Shown here: piece by piece, positions 1 through 8,953 of the stretch | Layout: every line of letters begins with the position of its first letter | How positions within the stretch are numbered: the first letter of the stretch is position 1 | Assembly (NCBI GenBank): GCA_930980855.1 | Contig: CAKNIZ010000003.1 | Span: 32,338-96,337, forward strand | DNA: 64,000 nucleotides | Origin: an uncultured Clostridium sp. | Lineage (GTDB): Bacteria; Bacillota; Clostridia; TANB77; CAG-508 | Reading direction: 5' to 3' | Program-made: the position numbers and the translations under genes | Notes under the pieces: generated by a model | Database searches by the model: none | Told to the model about the DNA's origin: nothing | Seen by the model: only the letters and a program-made list of their open reading frames with translations

Positions 1-311
1 TGATTGTAACAGAGCAAACTTGGTATATTGTTAGAAATACAAGAGGTGTTACTGGATTTGTTGGTTCAGGAACAGACCCTATTCCACTAACAGAAAGCGA
101 AATTAGAAAAATGGGCTTTGATATTCAATCTATTAATGTGGATTATGAAGTAAATGACCAAGTAAAAGTTATAAATGGGCCTTTTACTGATTTCATAGGA
201 AATGTTATAGAAATTAATAAGGATAAGCACAAAGTAAAAGTTCTAATTTCAATGTTTGGAAGAGAAACTCCAGTAGAATTAGATTTCTCAGAAGTAGAGA
301 AAGTTAAATAG
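1..311 (+). CDS. nusG: Transcription termination/antitermination factor NusG, C-terminal part (5' end outside window)
   Basis: The frame is open from the window edge (codons from nt 3) to TAG at 309-311. The translation ..TWYIVRNTRGVTGFVGSGTDPIPL.. plus the KOW-like VKVINGPFTDFIGNVIEI.. is typical of NusG. It lies directly upstream of rplK-rplA, as is canonical. Confidence 0.9.
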   Translation, partial: IVTEQTWYIVRNTRGVTGFVGSGTDPIPLTESEIRKMGFDIQSINVDYEVNDQVKVINGPFTDFIGNVIEINKDKHKVKVLISMFGRETPVELDFSEVEKVK

Positions 312-424
312 TTAAATTGCAAGACAAAGTTACATTAGTTTGTCCGAGCAAAGCTCGTGACATATGCGAAGCAACTTTTCTTATAAATTATTTTTGATAT
401 ACAAACCAAAGGAGGTGCAAGAAC

Positions 425-865
425 ATGGCAGGAAATAAGAAAGAGGAAGCAAAAGAAGTTATCATTAAATTACAAATTCCAGCAGGAAAAGCAACACCAG
501 CTCCACCAGTAGGACCAGCATTAGGTGGTAGTGGAGTTAACATTATGGACTTCGTAAAACAATTTAATGATAGAACAGCAAAACAAGCTGGATTAATAAT
601 ACCAGTTGTTATTACAGTTCATAAAGACAAATCTTTTGATTTCATTACAAAGGAACCACCAATGGCTGTATTAATTAAAAAAGCAGCTAAAATTGAAAAA
701 GGTTCTGGAAAACCAAATAAAGAAAAAGTAGCAAAACTTTCAAAAGCACAAGTTGAAGAAATTGCTAAAACAAAAATGCCAGACTTAAATGCTGCATCAT
801 TAGAAGCCGCAATGAGTATGGTAAAAGGTACAGCTCGTTCAATGGGCGTAACAGTTGAAGAATAA
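425..865 (+). CDS. rplK: 50S ribosomal protein L11
   Basis: 146 aa. [35 protein letters not shown] is the L11 signature region. The AAAGGAGG SD lies 8 nt upstream of the ATG. Confidence 0.97.
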   Translation: MAGNKKEEAKEVIIKLQIPAGKATPAPPVGPALGGSGVNIMDFVKQFNDRTAKQAGLIIPVVITVHKDKSFDFITKEPPMAVLIKKAAKIEKGSGKPNKEKVAKLSKAQVEEIAKTKMPDLNAASLEAAMSMVKGTARSMGVTVEE

Positions 866-914
866 TAATTAATTGGGAGAGATTCAAGTCTCGATAAAAC
901 CAAAGGAGGTAGAA

Positions 915-1598
915 ATGAAAAGAGGAAAAAGATATCAAGATAGTGCAAAACTTGTTGATTCTAAGAAATTATATTCAGCAAAAGAAGCAATTGAGATAAT
1001 TGAAAAAATGCCTAAAACAAAATTTGACCAAACTGTTGAATTACATGTTAAATTAGGTGTTGATTCAAAACATGCTGATCAACAAGTTAGAGGAACAGTA
1101 GTTCTTCCAAATGGAACAGGAAAAACTCAAAAAGTTTTAGTTTTTGCAAAAGGACCTAAAGCAGAAGAAGCAAAAGCAGCAGGAGCTGATTTCGTAGGAG
1201 CAGAGGAGTTAATTCCAAAAATTCAAAATGAAAATTGGTTTGATTATGATGTTGTAGTAGCAACACCAGATATGATGGGTGTTGTAGGAAGACTAGGTAA
1301 AGTATTAGGACCAAAAGGATTAATGCCAAACCCTAAATCAGGAACAGTAACAATGGATGTTACAAAAGCAATAAATGAAATCAAATCAGGAAAAGTTGAA
1401 TATAGATTAGATAAAAGTAATATTATTCACTTAGGATTTGGAAAAGTTTCATTTGGTGCAGATAAGCTATTAGAAAACTATAATGTAATCATGGCTGCAA
1501 TTATAAAAGCTAAACCAGCTGCAGCTAAAGGACAATATATTAAGAGTGTATCTATAGCTCCAACAATGGGACCTGGTTTGTATATAGACCAAAAATAA
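915..1598 (+). CDS. rplA: 50S ribosomal protein L1
   Basis: [15 protein letters not shown].. matches the L1 family. I chose the ATG at 915 because AAAGGAGG precedes it; the track ORF start at 873 is an upstream extension. Confidence 0.95.
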   Translation: MKRGKRYQDSAKLVDSKKLYSAKEAIEIIEKMPKTKFDQTVELHVKLGVDSKHADQQVRGTVVLPNGTGKTQKVLVFAKGPKAEEAKAAGADFVGAEELIPKIQNENWFDYDVVVATPDMMGVVGRLGKVLGPKGLMPNPKSGTVTMDVTKAINEIKSGKVEYRLDKSNIIHLGFGKVSFGADKLLENYNVIMAAIIKAKPAAAKGQYIKSVSIAPTMGPGLYIDQK

Positions 1599-1599
1599 T

Positions 1600-1798
1600 T
1601 TATAATAGCCAAAGACAGTAGGCAAGAGCTTAAGTCCTACCGAGGTTAATAAGGAGATAAAATCAATCTATTAGCCTTGAGAATGGCTATATAGGTTGAT
1701 TTTTGTAATTGTTAATGGTTATACTATTTGTTAATATCAACAATAATTAACAAAAACATATTGCAAAAGCAAATTAATTTTTAGGAGGTGAATATTAA
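1600..1798 (+). promoter_or_regulatory. Probable ribosomal protein L10 (rplJ) leader with attenuator hairpin
   Basis: A 200-nt untranslated gap lies upstream of rplJ-rplL, where Firmicutes carry the L10 leader. It contains the stem GTAGG..CCTAC (about 1617-1641). A nested hairpin ATCAATCTA-TTAGCC..GGCTA-TATAGGTTGAT (1662-1700) is followed by TTTT. No covariance-model search was run. Confidence 0.5.
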
Positions 1799-2344
1799 AT
1801 GGCAAATAAGAATGTTATTGCTATAAAAGAAGCAAAAGTTAATGAGTTAGCAGAACATATAAAAGGTGCAAAATTAATTCTTTTAGTAGATTATAGAGGC
1901 ACAACTGTTGCTGATGATACAAAACTAAGAAAAGATATAAGAGAAGCTAATGGTGATATAAAAGTTATGAAAAATAACATAATAAAAAGAGCATTAGAAG
2001 CTAATAAGGAATCTGGATTAGATGATATATTAGAAGGACCAACAGCAATTGTTTCTGCAACAGAAGACTATTTGCAACCTTTAAAAGCAGTTTACAAATT
2101 TACAAAAGATCATGAAAACTACAAAATTAAAGGTGGAATGATTGACGGAGAAGTTAAGAGTGTAGAAGAAATTATGACACTAGCAAAACTTCCATCAAGA
2201 GAAGAATTACTTGCAAAACTTGCAGGAAGTTTACTTGGAACTATTTCAAAACTTGCTGTTGCGCTTGACCAAGTAAAAGTAAAGAAAGAAGCAGAAGGCG
2301 ATAGCCCAAAAGTAGAAGTTGCTGCTGAAGTTACAGCAGAATAA
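1799..2344 (+). CDS. rplJ: 50S ribosomal protein L10
   Basis: 181 aa. The L10-like N-terminus is (..VNELAEHIKGAKLILLVDYRGTTVADDTKLRK..). AGGAGG is upstream, and the position between rplA and rplL fits. Confidence 0.95.
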   Translation: MANKNVIAIKEAKVNELAEHIKGAKLILLVDYRGTTVADDTKLRKDIREANGDIKVMKNNIIKRALEANKESGLDDILEGPTAIVSATEDYLQPLKAVYKFTKDHENYKIKGGMIDGEVKSVEEIMTLAKLPSREELLAKLAGSLLGTISKLAVALDQVKVKKEAEGDSPKVEVAAEVTAE

Positions 2345-2468
2345 ATTGAAATAAAAAATAATTTAAATTAAATTATTAAGTTATTCAAAGTTAAAAAATA
2401 AAAATAGTTGTGAAAAGCCAATTTCACAAAAAGTAAGAAAAATAATGAAAATAAGGAGGAATTTTAAA

Positions 2469-2834
2469 ATGGCAAAAGTTGATGAATTATTAGAATCAAT
2501 CGATAGCTTAACAGTAATAGAGCTAGCTGATTTAGTTAAGAAAATTGAAGAAAAATATGGTGTATCTGCAGCAGCAGTTGCAGCACCAGTTGCAGGAGCA
2601 GCAGGAGCAGCTGCTGAAGAAAAGAGTGCTTTCAATGTAGTACTTAAAGATGTAGGAGCAAACAAAATCCAAGTTATAAAAGTTGTTAGAGACGCAACAG
2701 GATTAGGATTAAAAGAAGCAAAAGACCTAGTTGACGGAGCTCCAAAAACAGTAAAAGAAAATGTTGCTAAAGAAGAAGCAGAAGAATTAAAAGCAAAATT
2801 TGCTGAAGCTGGTGCAACAGTTGAATTACAATAA
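2469..2834 (+). CDS. rplL: 50S ribosomal protein L7/L12
   Basis: [36 protein letters not shown].. followed by an Ala-rich hinge and the [24 protein letters not shown]-domain. I chose the ATG at 2469, after AAGGAGG. Confidence 0.95.
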   Translation: MAKVDELLESIDSLTVIELADLVKKIEEKYGVSAAAVAAPVAGAAGAAAEEKSAFNVVLKDVGANKIQVIKVVRDATGLGLKEAKDLVDGAPKTVKENVAKEEAEELKAKFAEAGATVELQ

Positions 2835-2854
2835 TTATAATTTAATATTCACTA

Positions 2855-2888
2855 AAAATGGCTCAAGGTTAGCTTGAGTCATTTTTTT
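2855..2888 (+). terminator. Rho-independent terminator after rplL
   Basis: The hairpin GGCTCAAG-GTTA-GCTTGAGTC is followed by a run of seven T. Confidence 0.75.
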
Positions 2889-2935
2889 GACCAGTGAGTC
2901 AACCAAAAAAAGGAGTCCCCATTGGTCGAAAATTC

Positions 2936-2964
2936 TTGACTTTAATGAATATAAGTTATATCAT
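2936..2964 (+). promoter_or_regulatory. Candidate sigma-A promoter of plsX
   Basis: TTGACT (2936-2941), a 17-nt spacer, then TATCAT (2959-2964). A palindrome TTGACCAGTGAGTCAA at 2887-2902 just upstream could be an operator. Confidence 0.4.
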
Positions 2965-2999
2965 TATTGCAAATTATTATGACAGGGGGAGAATACACA

Positions 3000-4073
3000 A
3001 TGAGAATTCTATTAGATGCAATGGGTGGAGATAATGCACCAGACGCAAATATTAAAGGAGCAGTTAGTGCTATAAATGAAGTTGAAGCTGAAGTTGTATT
3101 AATTGGAAATGAAAAAGTTATTAATGATAAAGTAAAAAGTTTTTATGGGAAGGAATTGAAGGAGATATCTCCAAGATTATCTATACATAATGCTACAGAA
3201 CAAATTGAAATGGAAGATATTCCAACACAAGCAATTAAGACTAAAAAAGATTCTTCTATGGTTGTAGGATTTAATTTACTAAAACAAGGCAAAGGTGATG
3301 TTTTTATTTCTGCTGGAAATTCAGGAGCATTGCTTACAGGAGCTACTTTATTAGTTGGCAGAATAAAGGGTGTAGATAGACCAGCACTAGCAGGTATCTT
3401 GCCAGCTTATCATGGAAGATTGGTTTTAATGGATTGTGGTGCAAACACAAATTGTAAGCCAATAAATTTATTACAATTTGCTCAAATGTCTAGTATATAT
3501 ATGCATAATACTTTAGGTATTGAGGCTCCAAAAATTGGCTTATTGAACATAGGAACTGAGGAAACAAAAGGTAATGAACTGGTAAAACAATCATATCAAT
3601 TATTAAAAAAATATTCAAAAGATTTAAACATTAATTTTATTGGTAATTTAGAAGGAAGAGAAGCATTTTTAGGTGGCGTTGATGTTGTAATTGCTGATGG
3701 ATTTACAGGAAATGTTTTTCTAAAATCTGTGGAAGGATTAGGCAAATTTGTAAAAAAGTCATTAAAAGAAAGTTTAATGCATAGTATTTGGAGTAAGATA
3801 GCAAGTCTACCAAGTTTACCAGCAATAAAAAGATTTGCTAAAGTAGTAGACTATAAAGAATATGGTGGCGCTTTGTTTCTAGGAGTTCAAAAGCCTGTAG
3901 TAAAAGCACATGGAAGTAGTGACGAAAAGTTATTCAAGTTTACAATTAAACAAGCTGAACAATTTGTAAAAAATAAAGCTGTTGACCAATTGACCGAAGT
4001 TTACGAATCATCAGAAAACAAGGAAAAAATGCTTGAAATCAAGGAATTCATATCACAATTAGAAACAAAATAA
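3000..4073 (+). CDS. plsX: Phosphate acyltransferase PlsX
   Basis: MRILLDAMGGDNAP.. is the canonical PlsX N-terminus, and ..GNSGALL.., ..ADGFTGNVFLK.. are present. I chose the ATG at 3000, after GGGGGAG. Confidence 0.93.
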   Translation: MRILLDAMGGDNAPDANIKGAVSAINEVEAEVVLIGNEKVINDKVKSFYGKELKEISPRLSIHNATEQIEMEDIPTQAIKTKKDSSMVVGFNLLKQGKGDVFISAGNSGALLTGATLLVGRIKGVDRPALAGILPAYHGRLVLMDCGANTNCKPINLLQFAQMSSIYMHNTLGIEAPKIGLLNIGTEETKGNELVKQSYQLLKKYSKDLNINFIGNLEGREAFLGGVDVVIADGFTGNVFLKSVEGLGKFVKKSLKESLMHSIWSKIASLPSLPAIKRFAKVVDYKEYGGALFLGVQKPVVKAHGSSDEKLFKFTIKQAEQFVKNKAVDQLTEVYESSENKEKMLEIKEFISQLETK

Positions 4074-4163
4074 AAAAGAATTAAAAAAGAGCTTGACAAT
4101 TAGGAAGCAATGTATTATTGTATTTATATGAGTTTATCGCATGTGAGGGGAGGTGAACTTAAG

Positions 4164-4406
4164 ATGAGTTCAGAAGAAATTTTTGAAAAAGTAAAGAAAA
4201 TTATAGTTGAGCAATTAGGTGTTGCTGAAACATCTATTACAATGGAAGCATCTTTTATAGATGATTTAGGCGCAGACTCTTTAGATATAGTTGAACTTAT
4301 AATGGCACTAGAAGAGGAATTTGATATGGAAATTCCAGATAGCGATGCAGAAAAAGTTGTAACTGTAGGAGATGTTGTTGATTATATAAAAGACCATGTT
4401 GCTTAA
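4164..4406 (+). CDS. acpP: Acyl carrier protein
   Basis: 80 aa. The phosphopantetheine site [19 protein letters not shown] is present. I chose the ATG at 4164, after GAGGGGAGG. Confidence 0.95.
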   Translation: MSSEEIFEKVKKIIVEQLGVAETSITMEASFIDDLGADSLDIVELIMALEEEFDMEIPDSDAEKVVTVGDVVDYIKDHVA

Positions 4407-4432
4407 TAAATATATAATTTACGCGTAAAATT

Positions 4433-4460
4433 GAAAGGGTAAGTTTCCCTTTCTTTTTTA
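4433..4460 (+). terminator. Rho-independent terminator after acpP
   Basis: The hairpin AAAGGG-TAAGTT-TCCCTTT is followed by CTTTTTT. Confidence 0.6.
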
Positions 4461-4504
4461 TTTAACAGTAAAAATCAAGTTCTTACTATTAAATAAAAGT
4501 ATTG

Positions 4505-4690
4505 CATACGTATACTACTATTTTATTATCACTATAGTATGATTGTATATTTGAACTTTTGGTTCCTTGCGGGAGCTTTGCTCCAAACGCACTTCGCTAA
4601 AGTCCCTTTAGCTCGTTTGAACGCTCACGCGGAACTGCAAAGTTTCAAATATACAATCATATTAAAATAATAATAAGTATTGAATTGTAT
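4505..4690. repeat. Long-hairpin intergenic repeat, copy A
   Basis: A GC-richer core (about 4561-4642) is about 85% identical to the reverse complement of the core at 16881-16965. AT-rich, copy-specific inverted arms flank it (TATGATTGTATATTTGAA.. / ..TTCAAATATACAATCATA). Confidence 0.7.
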
Positions 4691-4771
4691 ATAAAATTGT
4701 TACAGAATTGTAAAAAGAATTTTATTGAAAAAAATAGTAATATATAATAAGATATTAATGGAGGTTTGTAC

Positions 4772-6772
4772 ATGAAAGGGAAAGAAATAGCGGAATTAAT
4801 ATCAACTGCATATGAGATGAAAAATCCAAATAATGCAATTGCGTTATTTGATCTTTTGTGTGACCAAATTAACTTTCCACATTTTGCAGAATATGAAAGA
4901 GGGTATACAGTAGGAAAAAATGGTAGAGCTATCGAAGATGATATTTCCGAATTTATAAAAGCAGTGGAGCAGAAGCTAAAAGGAACAGAAGAGTTAGAAG
5001 GATTCTATGAAAATTTAGAAGATGGTTTTCTTTGCTATATAGATGACGACATCATAAAGTTAAAAAAATTCTTTGAAGAAGGAATTTTTATGACAGGAAG
5101 TATTGTAAAATCCATAAAATCCGATGATATCAAAACAAAGATAATAAAATCAGCATTAAAAAATGGAGAAATCAATTATATTTATATAGATGTATTATCC
5201 TCTATAAATAATGATGAGTTAAAAGAAAAAGTTTTGGAACAAATAGAAGATCCAAGTTTTAGAATATATTTAATATGCTCTTTGAATTCTGACGAACTCA
5301 AAGAAAAGTATATGGAAAGAGTATCACCAGCAGATAGATTTAAAATAATAATATCACTAAAATCAGATGAGTTAAAATTAGAATATGCAAGAACAATCAA
5401 TAAAAATAAATTGCAAGCAGCAATATTAATGCATCTTAAAAGTGACGAACTTAAACTTGAAAACATGAATGAAATTGACATAGCTGTAGTGCAAACTATA
5501 AAATCAGATGATATAAAAATAAAGTGGCTATTAGATAATAGAGAAAAACTTTCAGAAGAAGAAGTATTTAGAATATTGTTTTCTCTTAAAAATGACAATA
5601 TAAAGTTACAAAATATAGATTTACTAGAAGATAGAAACAGTAAAATAGAATTGCTAAATAGAGCTAAAAGACCGGACCTAAAGTTATTAATGCATACGTG
5701 CAACAAATTGGGTATTAATATATTTGATGAATTAATTAATTCAAACAATGGAATTTATCCAGAAAATTATAATAGAAAATGGCAAAAAATAGGAATACCT
5801 CAAGATATGTCTTTTGGAATTGAAATAGAAGCTGCTTCAGAATATGCGTTTTTATATACACAATTTCCTCATATATGTAAAAGATGGGATATGACTAATG
5901 AACGCGTAAATAGAAAGTATTTGGAAGAAGAAAATATTTATATTATAGAAGCAAGTTCTCCAATTCTTTCAGATTGCAATGAGGATATCCAAGATATTTA
6001 TAGAGTATGTACATTATTAAAAAGTGGCGGACTTGAAGTTGAAGATAATTGTGGAGGACATGTTCATATTGGCGCAAATTACTTAACTACAAAAGAATCA
6101 TATCAAAGACTTATAGAACTATGGTGTAACTGTGAAAAAATAATTTTTGAAATTTGTGATGAACCATATAGTGTAAAAAGATTTACTTATGATGATTATG
6201 CAACTCCAATATCAGGTATATTAAAAGAAGGGAAAATAGAGGATGAACAAAACCTGAATAAAGATGAATTTATTGCCCAATTACAAAGTGTCCAAGGAGA
6301 CAGATATAAATCAATAAACTTTGCAAATGTAGGCAAAAAAGCTTCTACTATAGAATTTAGAATACCAAATGGTAGTCTTAATCCAAATGTATGGATTGAA
6401 AATATAAAATTATTTGGCAGAATGATGAAAATAGCAGAGGAGTTAGGAAAATTAGATAATAGGGAAACGAAAGAATATACAAGAGAAGAAAGAAGAAAAC
6501 TATGGCTTGCGACTATGCTTACAAATGCAAATGTACCAGAAGAAGATAAGGCAAAATTTTTAATTAATTTATTATTTGATGAAGAAGAATATAAACAAAT
6601 ATATTTTGAAAGATATAACACAAATAAAGGACAATTTAAAAATGAAAATGATAAATTTTCAATTATAGATTTTAAAAATTTATATAGAGAAATGAACTAT
6701 ATACAAAAAAACAAAGAAAGAAGAGGTAGAGAAAATGGAACAAAGGATGAGGATAGCTTTGACAGAGGTTAA
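4772..6772 (+). CDS. Repeat-rich protein with C-terminal amidoligase (GS-like carboxylate-amine ligase, Amidoligase_2-type) domain
   Basis: The ATG at 4772 follows GGAGG. Residues about 115-300 carry some 8-9 tandem units of about 25 aa containing (I/L)KSD(D/E)(I/L)K. The C-terminal part has the motifs GIEIEA, EASSPIL, CGGHVHIG and IEFRIPNG, which I recognise as the amidoligase pattern. Confidence 0.6.
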   Translation: MKGKEIAELISTAYEMKNPNNAIALFDLLCDQINFPHFAEYERGYTVGKNGRAIEDDISEFIKAVEQKLKGTEELEGFYENLEDGFLCYIDDDIIKLKKFFEEGIFMTGSIVKSIKSDDIKTKIIKSALKNGEINYIYIDVLSSINNDELKEKVLEQIEDPSFRIYLICSLNSDELKEKYMERVSPADRFKIIISLKSDELKLEYARTINKNKLQAAILMHLKSDELKLENMNEIDIAVVQTIKSDDIKIKWLLDNREKLSEEEVFRILFSLKNDNIKLQNIDLLEDRNSKIELLNRAKRPDLKLLMHTCNKLGINIFDELINSNNGIYPENYNRKWQKIGIPQDMSFGIEIEAASEYAFLYTQFPHICKRWDMTNERVNRKYLEEENIYIIEASSPILSDCNEDIQDIYRVCTLLKSGGLEVEDNCGGHVHIGANYLTTKESYQRLIELWCNCEKIIFEICDEPYSVKRFTYDDYATPISGILKEGKIEDEQNLNKDEFIAQLQSVQGDRYKSINFANVGKKASTIEFRIPNGSLNPNVWIENIKLFGRMMKIAEELGKLDNRETKEYTREERRKLWLATMLTNANVPEEDKAKFLINLLFDEEEYKQIYFERYNTNKGQFKNENDKFSIIDFKNLYREMNYIQKNKERRGRENGTKDEDSFDRG

Positions 6773-7196
6773 ATGCGTTTTAGAAAATTCAGAAGATGGG
6801 GTATTAACAAAAATACCAAATAAATTTAAAGAATATCTAAATGCAAATATGGATAAAGAATTTACACCAAGCTTTATTCCAGGACTTGCAATATTTGCAC
6901 AACCAATCTCAATGGAAGCAAAGGAACTCCTAAAATTAGTTTATAGAGATTTCTTAGCAACAGAGGATGAAAGAAAAATACTTATTCAGAAAGAAGAAAA
7001 GATATTAAATACAAATGTAGAACAAGAACAAAATGAAAAAATACAAACAGCTCAAGTGAACGTTTTCGAAAAAAAGGAAGAAAGGCCAAAAGAGAATGAG
7101 CCAATAAAAAATTTGCAACTTATTAAAGTAGAAGAAAAATGGTATAAAAAGCTATTTAGAAGGCTTAAAAAACTTGTAAATGGCACAAAATTATAG
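6747..7196 (+). CDS. Hypothetical protein, overlapping and possibly coupled to the amidoligase gene
   Basis: An ORF of 149-153 aa (ATG at 6735 or 6747) overlaps the end of the upstream gene by 26-38 nt. The composition is coding-like and the C-terminal half is K/E-rich. I recognise no family. Confidence 0.45.
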   Translation: MRIALTEVKCVLENSEDGVLTKIPNKFKEYLNANMDKEFTPSFIPGLAIFAQPISMEAKELLKLVYRDFLATEDERKILIQKEEKILNTNVEQEQNEKIQTAQVNVFEKKEERPKENEPIKNLQLIKVEEKWYKKLFRRLKKLVNGTKL

Positions 7197-7232
7197 TATA
7201 ATAACAAAAGAGTTTAAGACTAGAGGAGAGAT

Positions 7233-7901
7233 ATGGATACAGAAAAAATTGAAAATAATATTAACTATTATTTTAAGAATAAAAATTTATTGAAAACTGC
7301 ATTAACTCATACTTCATATGCAAACGAAAATAATGTTAATAGTTATGAAAAACTAGAGTTTTTAGGAGATAGTATTTTAGAATTTGTATCTAGTAAATAT
7401 TTATATAACCATTTTCAAGAATTAACAGAAGGAGAGTTAACAAAGGTAAGAGCGCAGGTTGTATGTGAAGATAGCCTTAAAAATGTAGCAATTAAACATG
7501 AATTCTATAATTATATATTAGTTGGAAAAAGCGAAAGAGCAAATGAGGGGAATAAAAAGACAGCAATACTTGCAGATTGTGTAGAAGCGATAATTGCAGC
7601 GATATACTTTGATGGAGGCTTAAATAAGGCAGAAGAATTTATAATAGATAATTTAAAAGAAGCCATGGAATATGCAGCAAAACATATAGGAATGAAAGAC
7701 TATAAAACTGTGCTTCAAGAAAAATTACAAAAGAATGGAGATGTACATATAGAATATAATATTGTAAAAGAAGAAGGTCCAGATCATGACAAACTTTTTA
7801 CAGCAGAAGTAAAATGTGATGGAATTTTATTAGCAAGAGGAGAAGGTAAAAGTAAGAAAATGGCTGAAATGCAGGCCGCAAAAATAGCATTAGAGGAGTA
7901 G
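7233..7901 (+). CDS. rnc: Ribonuclease III
   Basis: The RNase III signature EKLEFLGDSILEF is present, with a C-terminal dsRBD (..DYKTVLQEKLQK..GPDHDKLFTAEV..). Confidence 0.95.
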   Translation: MDTEKIENNINYYFKNKNLLKTALTHTSYANENNVNSYEKLEFLGDSILEFVSSKYLYNHFQELTEGELTKVRAQVVCEDSLKNVAIKHEFYNYILVGKSERANEGNKKTAILADCVEAIIAAIYFDGGLNKAEEFIIDNLKEAMEYAAKHIGMKDYKTVLQEKLQKNGDVHIEYNIVKEEGPDHDKLFTAEVKCDGILLARGEGKSKKMAEMQAAKIALEE

Positions 7902-7904
7902 AGT

Positions 7905-8942
7905 ATGAAGAAGGAATATATTATACCAATTTTTGTACCAAACTTAGGATGTCCAATGGAATGTACTTTTTGTAGTCAAGAAAAAATAACAGGAAAGCAA
8001 ACCAATGTAACAGCTAAAGATGTAAAAGAAACAATTGAATATTATTTAAAGAATTTTAAAGATGATAGCAAATATGTAGAGGTTGCTTTTTTTGGAGGAA
8101 GCTTTACAGGAATAGATGTAGAAATTCAAAAAGAATTATTAGAAGCAGCAAATGAGTACATAAAAAAAGGAAAAGTAAATAGTATAAGACTTTCTACTAG
8201 ACCTGATTATATTAACAAAGATATACTAAAAATGTTAAAAAAATATCATGTCAAAACAATAGAATTGGGAGTTCAATCTTCAAATAATTATATTTTATCG
8301 AAAAGTAAAAGAGGACATACTTTTGAAGATGTAATAAAAGCCTCAAAAATGATAAGATTACATGGATTTAGATTAGGACATCAAATGATGGTTGGTATGC
8401 CAGAAAGTACAGAATTAGATGAAATAAATACAACTAAAGATTTAATAAAATTAAAACCTAAAATGGTAAGAATATATCCTGTATTAGTTATAAAAGGAAC
8501 AGAGCTGGCTAGAGAATATGAAGATGGAGAATATGTGCCACTTACTGTAGAACAAGCTGTAGAAAGATGCAAAGAAATTATATACATGTTTAGAAAGAAA
8601 AAAATAGATGTTATAAGAGTTGGACTTCAAAATACAGATGAAATAACAGACCCTAAGAAGGAAACAAGTGAAGTGTTAGCAGGTCCTTACCATCCAGCAT
8701 TCAGACAACTTGTAGAAGATAGCATGTGGTATGATAGCATTGCAGAAAAAATAAAAAAGATTAATATGAAGGTAAAAGAAGTAGAAATTACTGTAAATCC
8801 AGAGTCTGTTAACAATGTTATAGGACACAAAAAAGAGAATGCTAAAAAATTAAAAGAAATGTATGATGTAGACATTGCAGTAAAACCAGATGAAAATATG
8901 AAACCTGGTAAATTTGAAATAAACGTTATAGAAACATATTAA
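7905..8942 (+). CDS. Radical SAM protein (ELP3-like family commonly found downstream of rnc)
   Basis: A CPMECTFCSQ (CxxxCxxC) cluster lies near the N-terminus. 345 aa. Confidence 0.8.
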   Translation: MKKEYIIPIFVPNLGCPMECTFCSQEKITGKQTNVTAKDVKETIEYYLKNFKDDSKYVEVAFFGGSFTGIDVEIQKELLEAANEYIKKGKVNSIRLSTRPDYINKDILKMLKKYHVKTIELGVQSSNNYILSKSKRGHTFEDVIKASKMIRLHGFRLGHQMMVGMPESTELDEINTTKDLIKLKPKMVRIYPVLVIKGTELAREYEDGEYVPLTVEQAVERCKEIIYMFRKKKIDVIRVGLQNTDEITDPKKETSEVLAGPYHPAFRQLVEDSMWYDSIAEKIKKINMKVKEVEITVNPESVNNVIGHKKENAKKLKEMYDVDIAVKPDENMKPGKFEINVIETY

Positions 8943-8953
8943 GAGGTTGAATT

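Noticed and set aside
312-424. Possible regulatory leader RNA between nusG and rplK.
   Set aside because: The gap is short, and I could not identify a convincing conserved stem or L1/L11-binding mimic by eye, so it is not reported as a feature.
619-948. 109-aa minus-strand ORF opposite rplK/rplA.
   Set aside because: It is antisense to two highly conserved ribosomal protein genes, has no SD, and its sequence is low-complexity and hydrophobic, as is typical of antisense frames in AT-rich DNA. The same reasoning applies to 2381-2665(-), 8381-8587(-), 8687-8875(-), 9711-10067(-), 12215-12400(-), 14121-14708(-), 14766-15260(-), 16050-16232(-), 16419-16616(-), the plus-strand ORFs inside the acyl-CoA ligase gene (17221-18507), 19139-19378(-), 20090-21554(-) and 21671-22274(-).
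4110-4163. Upstream extensions of the track ORFs: acpP from 4110, rplA from 873, rplL from 2445, plsX from 2967, capA-like from 18888, parA from 31707, parB from 32500.
   Set aside because: In each case an internal ATG is preceded by a good GGAGG-type SD at 5-9 nt and gives the canonical family N-terminus. The extensions run through promoter or leader sequence.
5100-5650. Periodic DNA of about 75-80 nt that could be mistaken for a tandem repeat or CRISPR-like array, plus the antisense ORFs 5182-5748(-) and 6196-6621(-).
   Set aside because: The periodicity is in-frame, imperfect, and corresponds to the KSD(D/E)(I/L)K protein repeats of the amidoligase gene. There is no repeat-spacer architecture. 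The antisense ORFs are by-products of the A/G-rich coding strand.
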